Below are positions 17,921-25,135 of a DNA stretch of 52,922 nucleotides, piece after piece. The notes under the pieces are model-generated. The model did no database searches, was not told the DNA's origin, and saw only the letters and a list, made by a program, of their open reading frames with translations. Location of the stretch: the NCBI GenBank assembly GCA_031372565.1, contig JANMLN010000059.1:1-52922 (forward strand). The letters are read 5' to 3'. The translations under genes and the position numbers were made by a program. The stretch's first letter is position 1. Each line of letters opens with the position of its first letter. This DNA comes from Gemmatimonadota bacterium (GTDB taxonomy: Bacteria > Gemmatimonadota > Gemmatimonadetes > Gemmatimonadales > Gemmatimonadaceae).

Positions 17921-18802
17921 CTAGAAGTTGGTCCCCTCCGGCGGACTGTTCCCCTGGATCTGCAGCGTGTTCCCCGTCTGCGTCACCTTCATCATCACGA
18001 GCGACGCCGACGTCGGGATGTTCGTGTTGTCATCCGCGGTCCTGAGCTTCTGCCCGTCCATGTCGTACTCCGCATGGTGCTCCGGGCAGCGCCAGTGCCG
18101 AAGCGTCGTGTTGTAAGCCAGATACTTGCCCTGGTGGCCGCACGCCGCGCCGTACGCGATGTAGCCGAGCGTCGCCGAGTGCACGATGTAGATCCGGGTT
18201 GTGGCCGTCGTGTTGGGGATCGGCCGAGTGACGCTCGTGTAGCCACCCACCGGTGCGAGCGCCGGGACGGTGGAGAGGTCGATCGTGAAGTCCTGCTCGA
18301 ACGCCGGCGGCGCCCCGCCGTTGAGGGTGAGCAACCCGGTGGCCGGGTCGAACACGGAGGGGTACACGGTCAGGTTCCCGGTGGACTGACCTCCGGTCCA
18401 CGTGCCGCTCGCGTTCCAGGTGGCATTGTGACCGGCACAGAGGAAGCCGCTGCCGGACGGTGACACCGCATTGCTCTGGTGCGGACAGACGAGGGAGTAG
18501 ATGTTGAACGTCGTGCTGCCCGTCCGCCCGATCGCCACCGGCACCCCGCCCACGCTGGTCACGGCCACGCCGCCCACCGCCGCGAGGGCGGGATAGTCCG
18601 CGATGCGGATCGCGAAGTTGGTCCCCGGCAGGATCGTGGCCGTGATCGGCTCCGGTCCGAAGATGCCGTCTCCGCAGCCGGCCAGCATCGCACCGAGGGC
18701 CGCCAAGGCGGTCCGCTCCATGAACGCGCGTCGCTGCATCGCCTGGCCCAGCGGGCATTCGCCCGCGCAGGCCGCGTCGTTGTCCGTCGCTTGGGTCGTC
18801 AT
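17921..18802 (-). CDS. Tat-exported lipoprotein with two Rieske [2Fe-2S] domains
   Basis: QRRAFM twin-Arg plus LAGC lipobox; CPHQ...CAGH and CGHQ...CPEH ligand pairs. Confidence 0.85.
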   Translation of the reverse strand: MTTQATDNDAACAGECPLGQAMQRRAFMERTALAALGAMLAGCGDGIFGPEPITATILPGTNFAIRIADYPALAAVGGVAVTSVGGVPVAIGRTGSTTFNIYSLVCPHQSNAVSPSGSGFLCAGHNATWNASGTWTGGQSTGNLTVYPSVFDPATGLLTLNGGAPPAFEQDFTIDLSTVPALAPVGGYTSVTRPIPNTTATTRIYIVHSATLGYIAYGAACGHQGKYLAYNTTLRHWRCPEHHAEYDMDGQKLRTADDNTNIPTSASLVMMKVTQTGNTLQIQGNSPPEGTNF

Positions 18803-18814
18803 GAGGTCGTCTCC

Positions 18815-19366
18815 TTAGAGATGCGCGGCAGCCGCCGCCCAACCGCTCGCGTCCCTGTCGCTCTCGATCGCCGTCTCCACGTCGACGAGCAACTCCTTCC
18901 CGTCCTTCTTCACTGGCAGCCGGTCGAGGTTGCGCGTGGCCTTCCCCTCGATGAACGTGCCGTCGGCCTCGTAGCGTGACTCGTGCTTGGGGCATTGGAA
19001 CCGGTTCTCGCCCCCCTGCCACTTGATCTTCACCACGGCCTTGTGCGGACAGGTGGCCAGCAGGGCCCACGCCAGCTCCCCGCGACGCACGATGACGATC
19101 CCCTCGACGTCATCGAACACCACGCCGTCCGCGGGCGGAACGGGGTAGCGCTTGCCGCCGCTCGGGTCGCGTCGACCTCGCACGATGTGCACCGGCAGCG
19201 CCATGGCCGCCTCGCTGGTCAGCCCGAGCGCCACCAGCGCCCCCAAGGCCGCGGCGGCACCGCGCACGAACGCGCGGCGGTCTGGGCTGGCCGCGTCGAA
19301 CACGCACGGCGTGGCCTCGCCTGCAGCGGCGCCGTCATCGCGGGACGAGCGGGGAATCGTGGACAT
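18815..19366 (-). CDS. Tat-exported Rieske [2Fe-2S] protein
   Basis: GGAGG RBS, ATG 19366; DRRAFV twin-Arg; CPHK...FQCPKHESRY...G; ATRNLDRLPV. Confidence 0.88.
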   Translation of the reverse strand: MSTIPRSSRDDGAAAGEATPCVFDAASPDRRAFVRGAAAALGALVALGLTSEAAMALPVHIVRGRRDPSGGKRYPVPPADGVVFDDVEGIVIVRRGELAWALLATCPHKAVVKIKWQGGENRFQCPKHESRYEADGTFIEGKATRNLDRLPVKKDGKELLVDVETAIESDRDASGWAAAAAHL

Positions 19367-19395
19367 CGCAACCACCTCCGGCCGGTGTGTCAGGG

Positions 19396-19893
19396 TCAGG
19401 CTTCCGTCTTCAGCACGGTGCCGAGCAACGTCACGGTGAACCAGAGCACGAGGCTCGCGGTCGCCGACAGGTGGAGACGGCCGAGCGCCCGCGCATCCCC
19501 GGGGTCGGCCAGCAGCCCGCGCTCGGCCCGCTGCAGGAACAGCCCGTTGCCGAGCAACAGCGCCACGCTGGCCATCTTGGCCCAGTACAGCCAGCTCCCC
19601 CAGAACGTCTCGACGTCGCTGGCGAACATCATGGCGCCACTCGCGGCGCTCACGACGAGCCCCGCGATCACCAGGCGGTGCAACGTGCCCTGTTCGTTCA
19701 CGAGTCGCGTCACCGCTGCGGGATCGCCCGTCGGCAGGCGCAGCGCCTGCCGGTCGGCTGCGATCGCCACGCCGCCCGCGGCCAGCATCGAGGCGAGGTG
19801 CGCGTACGTGGTGCCGATCGAGAGCACCTTCGACGTGTTGTACAGGTGGGCGAATGGCGCACAGGTCGAGGCCAGCGACTCGACGATCGACAT
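19396..19893 (-). CDS. 4-TM membrane protein (DUF2214/DUF6644/CopD-like)
   Basis: YAHLASML, SGAMMF, YWAKM..LLGNG, SLVLW pattern; starts 2 nt after the upstream gene. Confidence 0.7.
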   Translation of the reverse strand: MSIVESLASTCAPFAHLYNTSKVLSIGTTYAHLASMLAAGGVAIAADRQALRLPTGDPAAVTRLVNEQGTLHRLVIAGLVVSAASGAMMFASDVETFWGSWLYWAKMASVALLLGNGLFLQRAERGLLADPGDARALGRLHLSATASLVLWFTVTLLGTVLKTEA

Positions 19894-19895
19894 GA

Positions 19896-20561
19896 TCAAT
19901 CCTTCCAGAGGAGCATGAGGCCCCAGCTCGCGATGGACAGCCCCATCGAGGCCAGTTCGACGTTGCGATGTCGTTCGCGGGCTCCGGCACCGTAGAGCTG
20001 GGCATCGCGCGCCAGCGTGGCCCCATACACGAAACCGGCGTCGGCCACCGCGAACAGCGCCGCATGGACCCACTTCCGGGTCCGCCCGCTGGGATCGTTG
20101 CGCCCCTCCCACAGGTTCCAGATCCCCGTCACGGTGTTGAACGTGTACAGCCCCGCGGTGGCGGTCGCGATCGCGCGGTGCCCGATCTTGACCCCGTCCG
20201 ACGCGCCCCGCTGGTTCTCCATCAGCTGCTCACCGAGCACATACTGCGCCCCGAAGAGCGGGATGATCGCGTAGCTGAACCACCGATGCCACGTGACTCG
20301 CGTGCCGTACGCGTCGCTGTACTCCACCGACTGCACGCGCGTGCGCCGCTTGGGCGTCGTATCGGTCGGCAGTGCCGCACGCCGCTCGGCTTCTTGCACG
20401 GTCAGCAGCGGCTCGGCACCTGCTGCCGCCGTGTCGACAATCACCCTCGCGGCACTGTCCACCGGTGTCCTGATCGGAGCTGCGCCGCGAGCCTTGGCGG
20501 TCGTATCGGCGCGGCCGGTATCTGCGGCGAGCGTGAAAAGCAGCGTGGCGAGCAGGATCAT
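19896..20561 (-). CDS. membrane protein with four His-led helices, putative di-heme cytochrome b561-like
   Basis: N-terminal hydrophobic leader, low-complexity linker, then WHRW.., GHRA.., VHAA.., RHRN.. each preceding a hydrophobic helix; GGAG RBS at ATG 20561. Confidence 0.65.
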   Translation of the reverse strand: MILLATLLFTLAADTGRADTTAKARGAAPIRTPVDSAARVIVDTAAAGAEPLLTVQEAERRAALPTDTTPKRRTRVQSVEYSDAYGTRVTWHRWFSYAIIPLFGAQYVLGEQLMENQRGASDGVKIGHRAIATATAGLYTFNTVTGIWNLWEGRNDPSGRTRKWVHAALFAVADAGFVYGATLARDAQLYGAGARERHRNVELASMGLSIASWGLMLLWKD

Positions 20562-20961
20562 GCGGGCTCCGTCAGCAGGCGTCATCGCGTCGTCGCGATG
20601 ACACTGGCATGGTAGGCAAACCCGCTGGCGATCGCTATCACGCGATCGGCTGGGTTTCGCACGTGATGTGGACAACGGGCGATCCCCCGACAGGAGAACA
20701 CCAGCGGCCGCGCGAGCCGCGCTCACCGGTGCTCGCGGCGACAGCGCCCCGCCCGTAGCTTGCGCCCGAGCGCCACGTGTGCATGGCCCCTCGGCGTCCC
20801 TTTGGCCCCATCGCCGGGGCTCGCGCTCCCGACATGCCGACGATCGAACCACTCAGCTCCGCCAGTCCGAAGCCCGTGACCGTGGCGCCCCCACGCGCCT
20901 GCCGCGCGGGGCCGTGGAGCGCGTTCGCGCGCGCGCAGGCGCCGCGGGCGGAGGGGACGCG

Positions 20962-21186
20962 ATGAGCGACACCCGCGAGGCCGCCGAGGCGATCGTGCGC
21001 GAGGCTGTGCGCGGAACCGAGCCGGCCGAGCGCATGCGGCGCGCGTTGGTGCATAGCGACGCGATGCGCGAGCTGGCACTGTCGCGGCTGCGCGCGCAGT
21101 TCCCCGATCAGTCCACGATCGCGCTGGTCGAGCTGTTGCTCGGCGAGCGCCTCCTGCCGGCTCCCCAGCCGCGGGGCCCCGCATGA
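20962..21186 (+). CDS. small helical protein, putative antitoxin of the downstream nucleotidyltransferase
   Basis: MSDTREAAEAIVREAVRGTEPAERMRRAL...LRAQFPD; GGAGG RBS; ATGA overlap with the NTase. Confidence 0.7.
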   Translation: MSDTREAAEAIVREAVRGTEPAERMRRALVHSDAMRELALSRLRAQFPDQSTIALVELLLGERLLPAPQPRGPA

Positions 21187-21743
21187 CGGCCGAGGGCATG
21201 TTGCGCCTGGTCGCCGGGACGCTGCGCGAGACCGGCATTCCGTTCATGCTCACCGGATCGGTGGCGGCGGCCTGGCACGGAGCAGGGCGCGCGACCATGG
21301 ACGTGGACCTCGTGGTGGAGCCCACGGCCATCCAGCTCGACGACTTCGTGGGTCGCGTGGCGGCGTCCGGCGCCTATGTGTCCGCCGAGGCCGCCCGGGA
21401 GGCGCTGGTCCATCGCACCATGTTCAATGTCGTGGATCCGCAAACGGGCTGGAAGGCTGACCTGATCGTGCGGAAGGCCCGGGCGTTCAGCGAGGCGGAG
21501 TTCGCGCGTCGCCAGTCCGTGGATTTCTTCGGCGTGACGCTCGACGTCGCGTCGGTGGAGGACGTGGTGTTGTCCAAGCTCGAGTGGGCAAAGCTGGGCG
21601 GGTCGCTCCGGCAGATCGAGGATGTGCGGGCGCTGCTTCGCCTCCGAGGGGGCGAGTGCGATGCGGCGTACCTGCGCGCGTGGGTGGACGCGCTCGCCCT
21701 TGAGCCGCAATGGGCGCTGGCAACGGCGGCGGACACACCATGA
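21183..21743 (+). CDS. nucleotidyltransferase (DUF6036-like), putative toxin
   Basis: FMLTGSVAAAWHGAGRATMDVDLVV; SVEDVVLSKLEW...RQIEDV. Confidence 0.8.
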   Translation: MTAEGMLRLVAGTLRETGIPFMLTGSVAAAWHGAGRATMDVDLVVEPTAIQLDDFVGRVAASGAYVSAEAAREALVHRTMFNVVDPQTGWKADLIVRKARAFSEAEFARRQSVDFFGVTLDVASVEDVVLSKLEWAKLGGSLRQIEDVRALLRLRGGECDAAYLRAWVDALALEPQWALATAADTP

Positions 21744-24022
21744 CCGCGACGGCACTCACCGTCGCGCTCGCCGACCGCTACCGCATCGAACGCGAGCTGG
21801 GCGCCGGCGGCATGGCCACCGTCTACCTCGCGCGCGACCTCAAGCACGAGCGCGACGTCGCCATCAAGGTCATGAAGGCCGATCTCAACGCGACAGTCGG
21901 CGCCGACCGCTTCCTGCGCGAGATCCAGCTCGCCGCGCGACTCTCGCACCCGCACATCCTCCCCCTGTTCGACAGCGGCGAGGCCGATGGCGAGCTCTAC
22001 TACGTGATGCCACGCGTGGAAGGCCGATCCCTCCGCGACCGGCTGAACGACGCGAAGCAGCTGCCGGTCGCCGAGGCGGTGCGCATCGCGGCCGAGGTGG
22101 CCGGTGCGCTCGATCATGCGGCACGGCAGGGAGTCGTCCACCGCGACATCAAGCCCGAGAACATCCTGCTGCAGGATGGGCACGCCCTCGTCGCCGATTT
22201 CGGCATCGGCAAGGCGCTCTCTTCCATCGAGGGTGAATCGGTCACGCAGGCGGGGATGAGCGTGGGCACCCCCACGTACATGAGCCCCGAGCAGGCGGTG
22301 GGCGAGGCGGTGGACGGGCGCAGCGATCTCTACTCGCTCGGCTGCGTGCTCTACGAGATGCTGGTGGGGGAGCCACCGTTCACGGGCCCCACGGCGCAGG
22401 CGGTGATCGCCAAGCGGTTCGTGCAGACACCGGCCGACGTCACCGCGTTGCGCGACGGCATTCCGCGCCCCGTGGCGCGCGCGTTGCAGAAAGCGCTCGC
22501 CCGCACGCCGATTGACCGGTTCGACACGGCGGCCGAGTTCGCGACGGCGCTCGCCGAACCGGAGACCGCAGCGAGCGTGGGCGTAGGCGAGGCGCCGGAG
22601 GGATCGCTCGCCGTGCTGCCGTTCGCGAACCTGTCGAGCGATCCGGAGAACGAGTTCCTGTGTGACGGCGTGACCGAGGAGATCCTCACGGCACTCTCCC
22701 AGGTACCCGGGCTGCGCGTGGCGGGGCGCACCTCGAGCTTCTCCTTCAAGGGGAAGCGCGTGGATCTGCGCACGATCGGCGAGCAGCTCAAGGTCCGCAC
22801 CGTGCTCGACGGCTCGGTGCGACGCTCGGGCAAGCGCGTGCGCATCACGGCGCAACTGCTCGACACCGCCGACGGCTACCAGCGCTGGTCCGACCGGTAC
22901 GACCGCGAGATCGAGGACGTGTTCGACCTGCAGGACGAGATTGCCCGCACGATCGCCACGCGCCTCAAGGCGACGCTCGTCACGGGCGCGTCGGCCCGGC
23001 AGCAGCGCGCCACGAGCTCGATCGAGGCCTATGAGGCGTTCGTGAAGGGGCGCGCGCTGCTCGCCCGGCGTGGGAGGGCCATCGTCGAGGGAATCGCGTG
23101 CATGGAGCGCGCGCTGGCACTCGACCCGCAGTACGGACCCGCGTGGGCGGGCATCGCCGAGGGGCACGTGATGCTCGGCTACTATTCGCTCATCACGCCG
23201 GAACTGGCGCGCGCCAAGGCGATGCACGCGGCCGAAGAAGCGGTGCGCTGCGCGCCCGACCTGGCCGAGGCGCACTGCGCGCTCGGCATGGCGACGCTGC
23301 TCTTCGAGTGGGAGCAGCGCGACCGCACCGCGCGTGCGTTCGAGCGCGGCATGCAGCTCAATGCGGGCTCCACGCAGGGGGCCACGTGGTACTGGCACTT
23401 CTACGTGAGCTGGTCGGGCGGGCGCCTTCGCGAGGGCGTGGCCGGGCTCAAGGGATTGTTCGCGCAGGATCCGCTGTCGAGCTACCTCGCCGGGATGTTG
23501 GCCATCGATCTGGCGTCCGACGACGATCCGGAGTGCGTGGAGTGGGCGACGCGTGCGGTGGCGCTCGACGCCGACGCGTTCCTGTCGCGCTTCTCGCTGC
23601 AGATCGCGAGCGGCGCGGTGCGCGACTGGACGCGCGTGATCGCGGAGTCCGAGTCGCTGTTCGCCATCGGGGGTCGCACACCGGTCCCGCTCATCAACTA
23701 CGCGCAGGCGCTCAACCGGAGTGGCCGGGAAGCGGCCGCCGCGTCGGTGTATGACGAACTTCGGGCCCTGTCGAACGATGGCGAGCGCGCGACGTGGAAC
23801 CTGGCGTGCCTCGCGGCCGAGCTGGGCCTGACCGACGAGGCGGCGCGATGGGGTCGCGAAGCCGTGCGTCGGCGCGATCCGACGATCTATGCCTTCGGGC
23901 CAACCGCGCGCATCCTCGCCAGCGAGCGGCTGCGCGCGCACCCCGAGTATCCCGAGTGGATGCGCGTGCTCAACCTGCCCACGTCGACGCAGCTGTACGT
24001 GCACCCGGCGTCCGGCGCATGA
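21740..24022 (+). CDS. soluble Ser/Thr protein kinase with TolB-N-like and TPR domains
   Basis: [56 protein letters not shown] motifs; ATG 21740 overlaps the NTase stop. Confidence 0.93.
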   Translation: MTATALTVALADRYRIERELGAGGMATVYLARDLKHERDVAIKVMKADLNATVGADRFLREIQLAARLSHPHILPLFDSGEADGELYYVMPRVEGRSLRDRLNDAKQLPVAEAVRIAAEVAGALDHAARQGVVHRDIKPENILLQDGHALVADFGIGKALSSIEGESVTQAGMSVGTPTYMSPEQAVGEAVDGRSDLYSLGCVLYEMLVGEPPFTGPTAQAVIAKRFVQTPADVTALRDGIPRPVARALQKALARTPIDRFDTAAEFATALAEPETAASVGVGEAPEGSLAVLPFANLSSDPENEFLCDGVTEEILTALSQVPGLRVAGRTSSFSFKGKRVDLRTIGEQLKVRTVLDGSVRRSGKRVRITAQLLDTADGYQRWSDRYDREIEDVFDLQDEIARTIATRLKATLVTGASARQQRATSSIEAYEAFVKGRALLARRGRAIVEGIACMERALALDPQYGPAWAGIAEGHVMLGYYSLITPELARAKAMHAAEEAVRCAPDLAEAHCALGMATLLFEWEQRDRTARAFERGMQLNAGSTQGATWYWHFYVSWSGGRLREGVAGLKGLFAQDPLSSYLAGMLAIDLASDDDPECVEWATRAVALDADAFLSRFSLQIASGAVRDWTRVIAESESLFAIGGRTPVPLINYAQALNRSGREAAAASVYDELRALSNDGERATWNLACLAAELGLTDEAARWGREAVRRRDPTIYAFGPTARILASERLRAHPEYPEWMRVLNLPTSTQLYVHPASGA

Positions 24023-24180
24023 ACGACGCCCTGTCCACGGCACTCGCCGACCGCTATCGCCTCGAACGCGAACTGGGGCAGGGCGGCATGGCCACCGTGT
24101 ACCGCGCGCGCGACGTGCGACACGATCGCGACGTCGCCATCAAGGTGCTCAAGCCCGACCTGGCCGAGTCGGTGGCGTGA
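24019..24180 (+). pseudogene. truncated Ser/Thr kinase (subdomains I-II only, 53 aa)
   Basis: [53 protein letters not shown]; near copy of the upstream kinase N-terminus; ATGA-coupled. Confidence 0.85.
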
Positions 24181-24191
24181 CCGCTCGCGCG

Positions 24192-24677
24192 TCACCGAGC
24201 CTCCACCACCTGCAGCCCGTGCGTTGCCTTCGCCCACGAGATAATCGCCCGGTCCGCCGTCACCAACGGAATCCCTTCCACCAGCGCCGTCGCGATGATC
24301 GCCCGGTCAAACGGGTCGCTCGGCGCACCCGGCCCCAGCTCCGCGGTCCGGATCATCATCTCCGCCGAAAACGGAACCGCCCGCGTCCCTGGCGCCGTGC
24401 GCGCCCGGTCGAGCCAACTACGCGCAGAACCGGAGCGCAACAAGGAGCCTTTCCCGGACTTGAGGGCGATCTCCCATATCGCCACGTCGGGTACGCGAAG
24501 CCCCCCGGCCTGCTGAACCGCGAGTAGCCGAGCCAGCGTTGTCGGCGGCAACGCGAACACGTCGGGCGCCAGCAACCCTACCCATACATGCGTGTCGAGC
24601 AGCACCTCACCAACCGCAGCCCCGTACTCGGCGAAGGCAATCTCGGCTACCCGGCTGCCGCGCGGCCGAGCGGTCAC
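24192..24677 (-). CDS. vapC: VapC family PIN toxin
   Basis: VLLDTHVW, AIWEIALK, DPFDRAIIATA, LVTAD; GTG 24677 overlaps the antitoxin stop (alternative start 24605). Confidence 0.9.
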   Translation of the reverse strand: MTARPRGSRVAEIAFAEYGAAVGEVLLDTHVWVGLLAPDVFALPPTTLARLLAVQQAGGLRVPDVAIWEIALKSGKGSLLRSGSARSWLDRARTAPGTRAVPFSAEMMIRTAELGPGAPSDPFDRAIIATALVEGIPLVTADRAIISWAKATHGLQVVEAR

Positions 24678-24940
24678 CGCTCGGGAAAGATCGACGCGTC
24701 GAGATCCCACACGTCCTCCGGCTCGATGAGGTTTGCGCCAGGCTGGAGCGTACCGCGCATCCACCCGTAGGCCGAGGGCAGCGACTGAGGCGGCGCAACG
24801 AGCTTCGCCACCACCTTGCCGTGTTTGGTGATCACGATCTCGTCCCCGGTGCGCGCGACCTCGTCCATGAGCGCCAGGCAGTGCGCCTTGAACTCAGTGG
24901 CGGATACCGTCCGGATCTTCGGCGGCCGTTTCGGTGGCAT
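24674..24940 (-). CDS. Phd/YefM family antitoxin
   Basis: VSATEFKAHCLALMDEVARTGDEIVITKHGKVVAKL. Confidence 0.9.
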   Translation of the reverse strand: MPPKRPPKIRTVSATEFKAHCLALMDEVARTGDEIVITKHGKVVAKLVAPPQSLPSAYGWMRGTLQPGANLIEPEDVWDLDASIFPER

Positions 24941-24960
24941 GCAAGAACTCACTTTCAAGG

Positions 24961-24980
24961 TGACCATATAAATATGGTCA
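24961..24980. promoter_or_regulatory. inverted-repeat operator of the Phd-VapC operon
   Basis: TGACCATAT-AA-ATATGGTCA, perfect 9-bp arms, 20 nt upstream of the antitoxin ATG. Confidence 0.7.
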
Positions 24981-25135
24981 GACGGCCGTCCGTGCCAAGG
25001 GAGAGCATTGCCGCTGTCAGAGCCCGCTCCGAAGCTGAGGCACGGCTCCACCGCCAAACCTGCACTGAGCCAGCGCCCGGGAATCGGGCGCCCCGTTCTC
25101 CCCGTCACCGGACGCCCGCGCTACCTTTCCGGTCT

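Noticed and set aside
17921..19366. Rieske genes as part of a bc1/b6f complex
   Set aside because: No PEWY-type cytochrome b or c1 gene nearby, and the disulfide cysteines of high-potential Rieske proteins are missing
24999..25075. Glycine riboswitch upstream of sucA (GGAGAG...CCGAAG)
   Set aside because: Lacks the CTCTCAGG core and GAAGG-GCAA segment; sucA appears leaderless
24539..25135. N-terminal extensions in the ORF track (sucA from 24539, PIG-L from 27400, kinase from 32384, ATPase from 43879, Rieske from 20065)
   Set aside because: They overlap neighbouring genes; downstream starts have an RBS, stop-start overlap or -10 box and match domain boundaries
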